A stretch of 64,000 bases of DNA from an uncultured Acidobacteriota bacterium (GCA_963786565.1 CAWAZR010000011.1:271592-335591); one strand, 5' to 3'. Shown: positions 53,537 through 62,548, numbered from the stretch's first letter. Numbers and translations are program-made. The notes: generated from the letters alone by a model not told the origin.

Positions 53537-55195
53537 ATGGGGCAAAACAGCCAGGAAATAGCGAAACCAGCGGCAAATGAGGTGCTTTTGGTCACCAGCG
53601 GCGATCTGCGCCAGTCGGCCAATCAAGTGTGCTGGCCCGCGCAGCGCGATATGGAAGAAAAGCTGACCGCGGCCTTCGCGCAAAAGGGCTTTAAGCTGGT
53701 GCGCGCCCACGCCTATGACGACAAGGTCAAGCACGGCTTTATCTCTTCGCAGCGCCAGGGCATGGACGTCTTCATGAATATTCATCCTGAAGCGAAGCTG
53801 GTGTTTGCCACTGCTGCCTGGCAATACAGCCATCATGTTCTGCCCGGTCTGCGCAGTCATAAGGGTCCGATTCTCACTGCGGCCAACTGGTCGGGCCAAT
53901 GGCCGGGGCTGGTGGGGCTTCTCAATCTGAATGGCTCGCTGATCAAGGCCGCCAAGCCCTTCTCGTCCATCTGGAGCAAGGATTTTACCGACGCCTATTT
54001 CCAGAAGGCTCTCGACGAATGGCTCAATACAGGTAAGATCACGCACGATCTCTCGCACGTGCACACGCTCGACACAAGCAAATTGCCCGCCGAAAGCGCG
54101 AAGCTCGGTGCCGAGCTGGCCGCCGAGTTGCAACATCGCAAGGCCATCATGGGCATCTTCGATGAGGGCTGCATGGGCATGTACAACGCCATCATCGACG
54201 ACGAATTGCTCAATCCCGCGGGAGTTTTCAAAGAGCGGCTGAGCCAGTCGGCGCTTGTGGCCAAGATGCGCACCGTGAGCGACGCCGAAGCCAACGCCGT
54301 CTACCAATGGCTGGTCGCCAAAGGCGTCAAGTTCGATCTCGGTAAGGATGAAGCCAGCGAACTTACGCTTGAACAGGTGCTGGGCCAGTGCAGGATGTAC
54401 ATCGCCGCGGTCCGCATCGCGCACGAATTCGGCTGCGACGCCGTCGGCATCCAGTATCAGCAGGGACTGAAAGACATGGCGCCCGCCTCGGACCTGGCCG
54501 AAGGCATGCTCAACAACAGCGAGCGCCCGCCGGTCTTCGCCGAGGGGACGAAAGAAGAGCTGTATGCCGGCGGTCCGCTCCCGCACTTCAACGAAGTGGA
54601 CGAGTGCGCTGGTGTCGACGAAATGATCACCAGCCTTTGCTGGAAGGCGCTCGGCCTCGATCCCTCCACCACGCTGCACGATGTGCGCTGGGGCGAGCAC
54701 TACAAGGGCGATGGAAGCGCCGGCGGCAGTTCCAAAATTGACGATTTTGTTTGGCTCTTGCAAATTTCCGGCGCCGCGCCGGCGAATCACTTTGTGGGCG
54801 GCTATGCAGGCGCCATCAGCGAGCGCCAGCCCGCCATGTATTTTCCGCTCGGCGGCGGCTCGCTCAAAGGCGTCGGCAAACCCGGCGAAATCGTCTGGAG
54901 CCGCGTCTTTGTCGAAGGCGGCGCACTGCATTGCGACATAGGCCGGGGCACGGTCGTCAGTCTGCCCGCGGCTGAAACCGAACGCCGCTGGCGCGAGACC
55001 ACGGTGCAATGGCCCATCGTGCACACCATTCTGCACGGCGTCAGCCAGAATCAGATGATGGCCCGTCACCGCGCCAACCACGTCAACGTGGCCTATGCGC
55101 CGTCAGCAGAAGTTGCCGGCAAAGCCCTGGCCACCAAAGCTGCAATGCTCGCAGAGCTTGGTATCCAAGTGCATCTCTGTGGAGTCACGCAATAA
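53537..55195 (+). CDS. L-fucose isomerase-family sugar isomerase
   Basis: Start at ATG 53537 after GGAGAAGG. The layout is collinear with FucI-family proteins (N-terminal Rossmann-like VLLVTSGDLR, central FNEVDECAGVDEMITS, DVRWGEHY, C-terminal ANHVNVAY...IQVHLCG). Similarity was judged by eye against E. coli FucI from memory. Confidence 0.6.
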   Translation: MGQNSQEIAKPAANEVLLVTSGDLRQSANQVCWPAQRDMEEKLTAAFAQKGFKLVRAHAYDDKVKHGFISSQRQGMDVFMNIHPEAKLVFATAAWQYSHHVLPGLRSHKGPILTAANWSGQWPGLVGLLNLNGSLIKAAKPFSSIWSKDFTDAYFQKALDEWLNTGKITHDLSHVHTLDTSKLPAESAKLGAELAAELQHRKAIMGIFDEGCMGMYNAIIDDELLNPAGVFKERLSQSALVAKMRTVSDAEANAVYQWLVAKGVKFDLGKDEASELTLEQVLGQCRMYIAAVRIAHEFGCDAVGIQYQQGLKDMAPASDLAEGMLNNSERPPVFAEGTKEELYAGGPLPHFNEVDECAGVDEMITSLCWKALGLDPSTTLHDVRWGEHYKGDGSAGGSSKIDDFVWLLQISGAAPANHFVGGYAGAISERQPAMYFPLGGGSLKGVGKPGEIVWSRVFVEGGALHCDIGRGTVVSLPAAETERRWRETTVQWPIVHTILHGVSQNQMMARHRANHVNVAYAPSAEVAGKALATKAAMLAELGIQVHLCGVTQ

Positions 55196-55217
55196 GTCAG
55201 CGGGTGCAAATCAGCTG

Positions 55218-55260
55218 GGTGCCCCATCCTAAACGCGTATTTTGCGTTTAGGGTGGGATA
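55218..55260 (+). repeat. family E stem-loop repeat, copy E3
   Basis: GGGTGCCCCATCCTAAACGC-GTATTTT-GCGTTTAGGGTGGGAT. Confidence 0.75.
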
Positions 55261-55263
55261 GCA

Positions 55264-55298
55264 AGCTAGGAGCTAGAAGCTAGCAGCTAGTAGCTGTC
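55264..55298. repeat. heptamer tandem repeat (AGCTAGN)x4 plus one degenerate unit
   Basis: agctagg agctaga agctagc agctagt agctgtc. It lies between convergent genes and ends 4 nt before the MFS stop codon. Confidence 0.7.
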
Positions 55299-55301
55299 TC
55301 T

Positions 55302-56726
55302 TCACGACTGAATCTGTTCCGCCGCCATCTCCTGCGCCGCGGGAATGATGCCCATCTCCTGGTAAATCGGCCGCACCACCACGCGCAGCGCCGGCAGGCG
55401 CGAGAAGAACCATAGTGCACCCAGCCCAATGGCCAGCCCATTAATAATGACGGTCCACTGCGCGCCGGCCAACACCGGTCCCGACACAAACCACAACGGC
55501 GTCGGCGGGATCGCATGCGCCAGCGTTCCAGCCAGCAGGCTGCCGAACGGCGCCATGCCCATAAACGCCATGGTGTAGTAGCTCATCACGCGGCCGCGTT
55601 TGTCTTCGCTGGTCAGGGTTTGGATGATCGTGTTGCTCGACGCCATGCCCTGCATCATGCCCGCGCCCGCCACCAGCACCATCGCCATCGAGAGCCAGAA
55701 GGTGCTCGACAGCCCGAATCCGATCAGCCCTATCCCGAAGACCGCCGCTGCAAATGGAATCATGCGAATCAATCCGCGCACATTCCTGCGCGCGGCCAGC
55801 GAAAGCGCGGAGATGAGCGCGCCCACGCCCATCGCGCCCATCAGGAACCCCAGCGTATGCGCGCCGCCGTGCAGCACCGTGGCCGCAAACACAGGCATCA
55901 GCACCACAAAGGGCATGCCCATCAGGCTAACCACGCCAAATAACAAAAGGATCGTCCGGATGGGCAGGAATCCCGAAACGTAGCTCCAGCCCTCCTTCAT
56001 CTCGTGGAAGGTCGATGTCGCCTTGCGCAGTATCGCGGGCGCATGCACGTGCATCATCAGCAGCGACGCAATTACCGCGATGTAACTCACACCATCGATG
56101 AGGAAGCACCACGCCTCGCTCGTCACCGCGATCAGCATTCCGGCCAGCGATGGGCCAATCAGCCGGGCCACATTCACCATCGATGAGTTGATGGCAATGG
56201 CGTTGCCCAGGTCGGCGCGGTCCTCCACCATCTGCACCATGAACGATTGCCGCCCCGGCATGTCGAAGGCATTGATGATGCCCTGCAAAATGCTCAAGCC
56301 GAGAATCCAGTGAATGGTAATGAGTCCTGAAAACGTAAGCGCGGCCAGCGCGAACGACTGCACCATGGCCAGCGTTTGCGTCCACACCAGAACCTGCCGG
56401 CGATCCCATCGGTCGATCCACACACCCGCAAACGGCGCCACAAGAAACGTAGGAATCTGCCCCGCAAAGCTCACGGTGCCCAGCAACAGCGCCGAATGCG
56501 TGAGCCGGTACACCAGCCACGCCGTGGCGATGCGCGTCATCCACGTGCCGATGAGCGAAATCGTCTGCCCGCCGAAAAACAGCCGGAAGTTGCGATGCCG
56601 CAACGCGCGCCACGCATGCGACATGCCGTCCACCGCGCGCTGCGGCCGGTCTGCTTGTGCGGGCTTGATGGAATCGTCCTTGGTCAAAAAGCTTTCCTTG
56701 TGCGAAGAACCTGGAGACTGGCGCAA
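55302..56726 (-). CDS. MFS transporter (EntS/DUF894-like)
   Basis: About 12 hydrophobic helices and an N-terminal pattern ALRHRNFRLFFGGQTISLIGTWM typical of this MFS subfamily. The start may instead be the internal ATG at 56624. Confidence 0.8.
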   Translation of the reverse strand: MRQSPGSSHKESFLTKDDSIKPAQADRPQRAVDGMSHAWRALRHRNFRLFFGGQTISLIGTWMTRIATAWLVYRLTHSALLLGTVSFAGQIPTFLVAPFAGVWIDRWDRRQVLVWTQTLAMVQSFALAALTFSGLITIHWILGLSILQGIINAFDMPGRQSFMVQMVEDRADLGNAIAINSSMVNVARLIGPSLAGMLIAVTSEAWCFLIDGVSYIAVIASLLMMHVHAPAILRKATSTFHEMKEGWSYVSGFLPIRTILLLFGVVSLMGMPFVVLMPVFAATVLHGGAHTLGFLMGAMGVGALISALSLAARRNVRGLIRMIPFAAAVFGIGLIGFGLSSTFWLSMAMVLVAGAGMMQGMASSNTIIQTLTSEDKRGRVMSYYTMAFMGMAPFGSLLAGTLAHAIPPTPLWFVSGPVLAGAQWTVIINGLAIGLGALWFFSRLPALRVVVRPIYQEMGIIPAAQEMAAEQIQS

Positions 56727-56833
56727 TCCATTTCCTGCGCCGGCCCTGTTTTTCTGCTCACTCTTTACTGTATAAGGACAACTTGCGCCTCGCGTAGCCC
56801 CGCCGCCAGGTAGTCGGTATGTTTGAAACTGTT

Positions 56834-56946
56834 TTGAAAGGGCACGACTTCAGTCGTGCCGCAAACTGCACCCGTCGCGAAAGGGCACGACTTCAGTCGT
56901 GCCGCAAAGTCACCAAAAATGAGCGGTGCTTTAGCCCCTGAGGAAA
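56834..56946 (+). repeat. family A repeat, copy A5 (first hairpin duplicated)
   Basis: GAAAGGGCACGACTTCAGTCGTGCCGCAAACTGCACCCGTCGCGAAAGGGCACGACTTCAGTCGTGCC...GGTGCTTTAGCCCCTGAGGAA, bracketed by GTTTGAAA / TTTCAAAC. Confidence 0.85.
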
Positions 56947-57040
56947 GCTTTTTCAAACTGCCCTCCACCGAGCGCCGACCCGCATCCGGTAAGGTGGACA
57001 ATAGAAGTAGCTGCTTCCTGTTTTTGATGGTGGAATCTTC

Positions 57041-59116
57041 TTGACGGTTTCTTTAAATACGAATTCTCCGCTTGGGCTCTTGCAGTCCAAATTTGGCCTG
57101 GCCGGCTTTCGCGCCCATCAGGAAGAAGTGTGCCGCGCGACGATCGAGGGACGCGACCTCTTGTTGGTCATGCCCACCGGGGCGGGGAAGTCTCTCTGCT
57201 ATCAGTTGCCCGCCATCGCGCGCGGCGGAACCGCCCTGGTGATCTCGCCCTTGATCTCTCTCATGGAAGACCAGGCAGCCAAGCTGGCTGCGCTCGGTCT
57301 GCGTGTGGGACGGATTCACTCCGGCCTGGAGCGCAGCGCATCCCGCCAGGTGTGCGCGGAGTATCTCAACGGCGGACTGCAGTTTCTCTTCATTGCGCCC
57401 GAGCGCTTGCGCGTGCCCGGATTTCCCGAGATGCTGGCCAAAGGCAAGCTGGCGCTGATCGCCATTGACGAAGCGCATTGCATCTCGCAATGGGGTCACG
57501 ACTTCCGGCCCGACTATCGCATGTTGGGCCAATATCTGCCTGCTTTGCGCAACTCTCCCGATCCCGCGCCGGTCATTGCGCTCACGGCGACCGCTACGCC
57601 CACGGTGCAGGCGGACATCCTTACGCAACTCGGCATGGTGAATCCCCTCAAGTTCATTCACGGCTTCCGTCGCGAAAATCTAGCCATCGAAGTGATCGAA
57701 GTCGCGGTGCCGGCGCGCGCGGGCATCGCCTGCCGCCTGCTGGCCTCGGCCGCGCGCCGTCCCGCCATCGTGTACGCGCCATCGAGAAAGCAGTCTGAAA
57801 GTCTGGCCGCGGAACTATCGCGCATTGTCCCAACCGCCGCCTACCATGCCGGGCTCGATGCGGAGACGCGCGCGCGCGTGCAGAAGGCCTTCCAGGCCGG
57901 CGAATTGGAAGTTGTGGTGGCAACCATTGCTTTCGGCATGGGCATCGACAAGGCCGATATTCGGACCGTGATTCACGCCGCATTGCCGGCGACGCTCGAG
58001 GGTTTTTACCAGGAGATTGGCCGCGCCGGCCGCGACGGAGCCTTGAGCCGGACTTTTCTGATGCACTCGTATGCCGACCAGCGAACGCGCGACTTTTTTC
58101 TCAACCGCGACTATCCGCCCGCGCAACATCTGAACGAGGTTTTTGCGGCGCTCGGAGAGGAACCGCGCCTCGTCGAAGAGTTGCGTGCCGCGTCGAAACT
58201 GGGCGAAGAAGAATTTGACAAGGCTCTCGAGAAACTCGAAATTCACGGCGGCGCGCGCGTCGATTTCGGAGGCGCAGTCACCAAAGGCGCGACTGGCTGG
58301 AAGAAAACCTACACGATTCAGGCGCAGGTTCGCGCTGAGCAGTTTGAGCAGGTGCTGCGCTTCACGCGCTCGAGCGCATGCCGGATGTCCGCGCTGGCAA
58401 GTCATTTTGGCGATGTGAATGATGCCATCCGGCCCTGCGGAATCTGCGACATTTGCGATCCGGCGGGCGCGGTGCTGCGCCAGTTCCGGCGAGCCACTCC
58501 GGCTGAGCGCGACCTCGTTCAAACCATTGTGGACGAACTCCGCCCGGTGGATTACCTGGCTGCGGGAACGCTGCAACGGACCCTCGAGCGTGTGAGCAAA
58601 ATGAGCCGTGACGATTTCGACGCGCTGCTCGATGCTATGGTGCGCGCGGCGCTCATCGAGATCGAAGAAGCGGAATTCGAGAAGAACGGCGAGGTTCTGC
58701 GTTTTCGCAAAGTGCGGCTCACGGAAACTGGAATGGATGTCAGGTCCACAACGCCGCTGCCGCTGCTGATCGGCGATGGCATTGCCGCCGAGTTCGATGC
58801 CGGCAGCGCCGGGCCGCCGCCGAAGAAGAAAGCCAAAATCGCTGCGCAAAAACCAGGACCAGCAGCGACGAGCCCGCCGCAACCAACTCCCGCTTCAGAG
58901 GCGCTCGCGGCGCGGCTCCGCGAGTGGCGTACCGCCGAAGCGAAACGCCTGGGCGTCCCAGCTTATCTTGTGCTGCATGAGCGTACATTGCAGGCTGTTG
59001 CCATCGTTCGGCCTGCTAATCCGGCGCAATTGCTCTCGATCGACGGCATTGGTCCCGCCAAGGCCGAGCGGTTCGGCGAGGCGATCCTGAAAATGTGCGA
59101 TTCGACTTCCGGCTGA
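57041..59116 (+). CDS. recQ: ATP-dependent DNA helicase RecQ
   Basis: Motif I PTGAGKSLCYQLP, DEAH box IAIDEAHCISQWGHDFRPDY, a RecQ zinc-binding Cys cluster (CGICDIC), and a C-terminal HRDC domain (LREWRTAEAKRLGVPAYLVLHERTL). TTG start. Confidence 0.9.
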   Translation: MTVSLNTNSPLGLLQSKFGLAGFRAHQEEVCRATIEGRDLLLVMPTGAGKSLCYQLPAIARGGTALVISPLISLMEDQAAKLAALGLRVGRIHSGLERSASRQVCAEYLNGGLQFLFIAPERLRVPGFPEMLAKGKLALIAIDEAHCISQWGHDFRPDYRMLGQYLPALRNSPDPAPVIALTATATPTVQADILTQLGMVNPLKFIHGFRRENLAIEVIEVAVPARAGIACRLLASAARRPAIVYAPSRKQSESLAAELSRIVPTAAYHAGLDAETRARVQKAFQAGELEVVVATIAFGMGIDKADIRTVIHAALPATLEGFYQEIGRAGRDGALSRTFLMHSYADQRTRDFFLNRDYPPAQHLNEVFAALGEEPRLVEELRAASKLGEEEFDKALEKLEIHGGARVDFGGAVTKGATGWKKTYTIQAQVRAEQFEQVLRFTRSSACRMSALASHFGDVNDAIRPCGICDICDPAGAVLRQFRRATPAERDLVQTIVDELRPVDYLAAGTLQRTLERVSKMSRDDFDALLDAMVRAALIEIEEAEFEKNGEVLRFRKVRLTETGMDVRSTTPLPLLIGDGIAAEFDAGSAGPPPKKKAKIAAQKPGPAATSPPQPTPASEALAARLREWRTAEAKRLGVPAYLVLHERTLQAVAIVRPANPAQLLSIDGIGPAKAERFGEAILKMCDSTSG

Positions 59117-59129
59117 CCGGCCAATGCAG

Positions 59130-59552
59130 CTACTCGGCGGCCTTCGCAGCCAGCGCTTCAACGACTGCAAGGATTGGCATGAATTCTGCCGGCACGTTGT
59201 GCCGGTCGCGAAGATACTCCGGCGCGTTATACGACACCCAGACCTTGCCGCCCGCGTCCTCCCATACCAGGATCTTCAAGGGGAGATCGATGGCGATGCT
59301 CGGTGCGGCCTGCATCACGGGAGTGCCTGCCTTCGGGCTGCCGAAGATCAGCAGCTTTGTGGGACGCATGGTCATGCCTGCCTTCGCCGCCTCTCCGCTG
59401 TGATCCACCAATGCGAAAAGCGTTACCGCCTTCGCCGCCAGAATCCCGCGCAGCCGCCCGACTGTCTCATCCACGGAATGGTGGCTCTCCACATCAATGA
59501 TCCCTTTCGCACTCTCCGTCATGCGTGCCTCCAATCTTTTCCTTTCAGCCAA
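59130..59552 (-). CDS. DUF302 domain protein
   Basis: DUF302 pattern: TLFALVDHSGEAAKAGMTMRPTKLLIFGSPKAGTPVM...IDLPLKILVWED. Confidence 0.7.
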   Translation of the reverse strand: MAERKRLEARMTESAKGIIDVESHHSVDETVGRLRGILAAKAVTLFALVDHSGEAAKAGMTMRPTKLLIFGSPKAGTPVMQAAPSIAIDLPLKILVWEDAGGKVWVSYNAPEYLRDRHNVPAEFMPILAVVEALAAKAAE

Positions 59553-59557
59553 AAATT

Positions 59558-59953
59558 CTACACACGGATTGACACCAGGTACGCGGCCATAGCCAGCCCA
59601 ACCATGGCCAGAAACAAAGCCAATGCCAAGGCTGGCGCCGTGGCGTGGCTGCGCGGAATCTCGCCGCTATCGAGCTTCTTAACGAGATTGAGGTGATGAA
59701 AGCCGGCAAAGATATTCAGGATGACGCCCACGGCAATCAGCGCAGTCCCAAACCACAGCGACAGACCATAGCCTTGCTTTGGAACTGCCACGGAAAACGC
59801 CTGTACCTGCTGCAAAAACAATCCGAAGCGCGCCACCACAAAACCAAAGCCCATCAGGGCCAGCCCGGTGCGCATCCACGCAAGAAAGGTGCGCTCCGCG
59901 GCCAGATAGTCGCTGAGCACCGCTTTCTGCGTCGAGGGCACGGGCTTCTCCAT
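59558..59953 (-). CDS. DUF202 (YidH-like) membrane protein
   Basis: LAAERTFLAWMRTGLALMGFG signature and three hydrophobic helices. Confidence 0.7.
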   Translation of the reverse strand: MEKPVPSTQKAVLSDYLAAERTFLAWMRTGLALMGFGFVVARFGLFLQQVQAFSVAVPKQGYGLSLWFGTALIAVGVILNIFAGFHHLNLVKKLDSGEIPRSHATAPALALALFLAMVGLAMAAYLVSIRV

Positions 59954-59981
59954 GATGGGCTGTCCCGTTTTCAGAGCGTCG

Positions 59982-60512
59982 CTATGCCACGCGCTCGATC
60001 GTCACCGACTCCAGCACCACCGGCTTATGCGGCTTGTCCTGCGCGTTGCGCGCCACCTTGCTGATGCCGGTCACTATATCCTGGCCCTCCACCACTTCGC
60101 CGAAGATGGTGTGATTGCCCGTGAGCCACGGCGTTGCCGCCACGGTGAGGAAGAACTGGCTGCCGTTGGTACCGGGGCCGGCATTGGCCATCGCCAGCTT
60201 GCCCGGCTTGTCGAAGCTGTGACGCGAGCCCTTGGTCTCATCCTGAAAGCGGTAGCCCGGTCCGCCCATGCCGGTGCCCGCCGGATCGCCGCCCTGGATC
60301 ATGAAATCGGGAATCACGCGATGGAAGATGGTGCCGTCGTAGAGCTTGTCCTTCGACTTGGCGCGCGTCACCGGGTGCGTCCACTCTTTGGAGCCCTCGG
60401 CAAGCTCGATGAAATTCTTTACGGTGATGGGCGCTTCAGATTCGAAAAGGCGCACGGTAATCTTGCCTTCCGAAGTGGTAAAGACGGCGTAAGTTCCTGC
60501 TGCAAGTGCCAT
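59982..60512 (-). CDS. cytoplasmic cyclophilin-type peptidyl-prolyl isomerase
   Basis: FHRVIPDFMIQGGDP and MANAGPGTNGSQFF. No signal peptide. Confidence 0.9.
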   Translation of the reverse strand: MALAAGTYAVFTTSEGKITVRLFESEAPITVKNFIELAEGSKEWTHPVTRAKSKDKLYDGTIFHRVIPDFMIQGGDPAGTGMGGPGYRFQDETKGSRHSFDKPGKLAMANAGPGTNGSQFFLTVAATPWLTGNHTIFGEVVEGQDIVTGISKVARNAQDKPHKPVVLESVTIERVA

Positions 60513-60571
60513 GTGTTTTTCCTCGTTTGAATTGGTGCATTGACTCTTAGATGGTTACATACAAAAGCTTG

Positions 60572-60678
60572 TCATCCTGAGCGGAGCAAGTCGCGTTTTT
60601 GCGGCTTGCGAAGTCGAAGGACCTGCGGTTGTCTTTCTCTCGAACTTCGGATTCGGCTCGCGAAATTGGCAGAGCCCT
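60572..60678. repeat. possible repeat-derived intergenic element related to the B-type unit
   Basis: GTCATCCTGAGCGGAGCAAGTCGCG...GCGAAGTCGAAGGACC shares CCTGAGCG.AG...GTCGAAGG with the B-type units at 38330 and 41150. There is only one copy of this form in the window, so repeat status is not demonstrated here. Confidence 0.3.
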
Positions 60679-60999
60679 TTAACGGCCCAGCGTAAAGATG
60701 ATGTTGATTTTGGTGTCGACCTCGACGGGCTCGCCGTTCAGCAGATAAGGCCGATAGCGCCATTGTTTGACGGCATCGAGCGCGGCCTGTTGCAGAAGAT
60801 CCGGCCCGCTGACAACTTGAAGATCCTGAATAAGACCGTCCTTGCCAATGACCGCAGTCAGCACGACCGTGCCGGATACGCCGGCTTTCTTGGCATCAAT
60901 CGGGTAGACCGGCGCTACCTTGGAGACGAGCAAGCCGACCGCGATGCCCGGGGAGATGATGATCCTCTTTGGCTGAGCTCCCGACATTGGCGCGTTCAT
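60679..60999 (-). CDS. stand-alone TonB C-terminal domain ORF (no signal peptide or anchor)
   Basis: VAPVYPIDAKKAGVSGTVVLTAVIGKDGLIQDLQVVSGPDLLQQAALDAVKQWRYRPYLLNGEPVEVDTKINIIF is a TonB_C fold pattern. Its ATG overlaps the upstream cyclophilin stop (ATGA). Confidence 0.7.
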   Translation of the reverse strand: MNAPMSGAQPKRIIISPGIAVGLLVSKVAPVYPIDAKKAGVSGTVVLTAVIGKDGLIQDLQVVSGPDLLQQAALDAVKQWRYRPYLLNGEPVEVDTKINIIFTLGR

Positions 61000-61715
61000 G
61001 CGCCGGGCGGCGGCGGAGGAGGCGGCGGCGGTGGAACCGGCGGCGGGGCCTGATTGAAGATCGTCACCTTCTCCAGCACCACCGGCGTCAGCGGCTTGTC
61101 ATCGGAATTACGCGGCACGCGTGCAATGGCTTTCACCACAGCCACGCTGGCGTCGTCGCACTGTCCGAAAATCACGTAATGCCCATCGCCCGAATCGAAG
61201 GTCTTTTCGGTGATGAAAAATTGGCTGCCATTCGTATTTGGCCCGCTGTTCGCCATGGCCAGTCGTCCCGGCCGGTCGAAATTGAGATTGGGATCGAACT
61301 CGTCGTCGAAGGCGTAGCCCGGATCGCCCATCCCTGTGCCCGTCGGATCGCCGCCTTGAATCATGAACTCCGGAATCACGCGATGGAAAATGGTGCCATC
61401 GTAATACCGCTTGTGGTGCATCATCTTTTTGGTCGCGGGATCGGCCCAGTCCTTGGTGCCCTCCACCAGGGCAATAAAGTTGGCCACGGCTTTCGGCGCC
61501 TGCCTCTGGAAAAACTGGCAGGTAATGCGGCCCATCGAGGTGTCCATCACCACGTACGGCCCATTGGGAACAGTCATTGCCTCGGGAGTGGCCTGGGGAG
61601 CGTCGGGAATCTCCTGGCTCGCCGGTGTCGACTGTTGCGCAAAGACCGTCAGGGCCGCGCATGCGGCGCAAGCCGCGGCCAGGGCAGAGAAAAGAAGGGT
61701 GCGCTGAAGTTTCAT
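60996..61715 (-). CDS. secreted cyclophilin-type peptidyl-prolyl isomerase with C-terminal poly-proline tail
   Basis: Signal peptide MKLQRTLLFSALAAACAACAALTVFAQ, FHRVIPEFMIQGGDP, MANSGPNTNGSQFF, and a C-terminus NQAPPPVPPPPPPPPPPGA. Confidence 0.88.
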   Translation of the reverse strand: MKLQRTLLFSALAAACAACAALTVFAQQSTPASQEIPDAPQATPEAMTVPNGPYVVMDTSMGRITCQFFQRQAPKAVANFIALVEGTKDWADPATKKMMHHKRYYDGTIFHRVIPEFMIQGGDPTGTGMGDPGYAFDDEFDPNLNFDRPGRLAMANSGPNTNGSQFFITEKTFDSGDGHYVIFGQCDDASVAVVKAIARVPRNSDDKPLTPVVLEKVTIFNQAPPPVPPPPPPPPPPGA

Positions 61716-61858
61716 GCCGACTTCGAGATTAAATCATGCGCCGTGGGCCACGCCACTTCGCGGAACGTGAGCTTGCTGACGTGCCCCCGCGCGCAAAAAG
61801 CTTCTCGTTCCCGAAGCTCCCGTTTTCTAATCTCTTATCTCTGTTCTCTGATCCTTGT

Positions 61859-62548
61859 CTACGGCGCAGGCGGCATCGACTGGCCTTCGCGCACAATCGT
61901 CACCTTCTCCAGCACGATGGGAGTGAGCGGCGTGTCCCCGTGGTGCTGCGTTCGCGCAATGGTCTTCACTACGGCCACGCTGGCGTCGTCGCACTGTCCA
62001 AAGAGCGTGAAGTGCTGGTTGAGCAGGTCGTAAGCCTGTTCTGTGATGAAAAACTGGCTGCCGTTCGTGTTGGGTCCGCTGTTCGCCATCCCCAGCCGTC
62101 CGGGCCGGTCGAAGTTCAGGTTGGGATCGAACTCATCCTCGAAGGTGTACCCCGGCCCTCCCGTCCCGATGCCCGTCGGATCGCCGCCCTGGATCATGAA
62201 CTCCGGAATCACGCGATAGAAGGTCGTGCCGTCGTAGTACCGCTTGTGATGCTGCACCTTCTTGGTTGTGGGATCGATCCAGTCCTTAGTACCCTCGGCC
62301 AGCCCAATGAAGTTGGCCACGGCATTCGGCGCCTGCTTCTGATAGAACTGGCACGTGATGCGGCCCATCGAGGTGTCCATCACCACGTGCGGCCCATTGG
62401 GAACCGTCATCGCCCCGGGAGCGGCCTGCGGAGCGCCGGAAATCTGCTGGCTCGCCGGCGTCGACTGCTGCGCAAGGGCAACTACGGCCCCGCATGCGGC
62501 GCAAGCCGCGGCCAGGGCAGAGAAGAGTAGCGTGCGCTGAGTTTTCAT
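61859..62548 (-). CDS. secreted cyclophilin-type peptidyl-prolyl isomerase (tandem paralogue)
   Basis: Roughly 80 percent identical by eye to the 60996..61715 product, with the same signal peptide and core. It ends REGQSMPPAP, with no poly-Pro tract. Confidence 0.88.
   Translation of the reverse strand: MKTQRTLLFSALAAACAACGAVVALAQQSTPASQQISGAPQAAPGAMTVPNGPHVVMDTSMGRITCQFYQKQAPNAVANFIGLAEGTKDWIDPTTKKVQHHKRYYDGTTFYRVIPEFMIQGGDPTGIGTGGPGYTFEDEFDPNLNFDRPGRLGMANSGPNTNGSQFFITEQAYDLLNQHFTLFGQCDDASVAVVKTIARTQHHGDTPLTPIVLEKVTIVREGQSMPPAP

Noticed and set aside
53399-55081. 5' two-thirds of the 878-aa minus-strand ORF (52445..55081)
   Set aside because: This part is antisense to the fucose-isomerase-family gene and has no family features. 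Only the segment from ATG 53398 downward (alpha/beta hydrolase with a TM anchor) looks genuine.
59175-59189. Sigma-54 promoter-like motif TGGCAT-N5-CTGC with correct GG/GC spacing
   Set aside because: It lies inside the DUF302 coding region with no plus-strand gene downstream, so it is most likely a chance match. No convincing -24/-12 promoter was found for the NtrC-type regulator encoded in the window.
61000-61050. (GGC/GGA)n triplet tract as a possible microsatellite or CRISPR-like repeat; likewise the GGTGG/GGAGG tract at 40730..40760
   Set aside because: Both are in-frame coding tracts (poly-Pro on the minus strand, poly-Gly in TonB). There is no spacer-repeat organisation.
60969-62530. 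354-aa and 264-aa plus-strand ORFs opposite the two secreted cyclophilin genes
   Set aside because: These are shadow ORFs. They mirror each other only because the underlying cyclophilin genes are duplicated.
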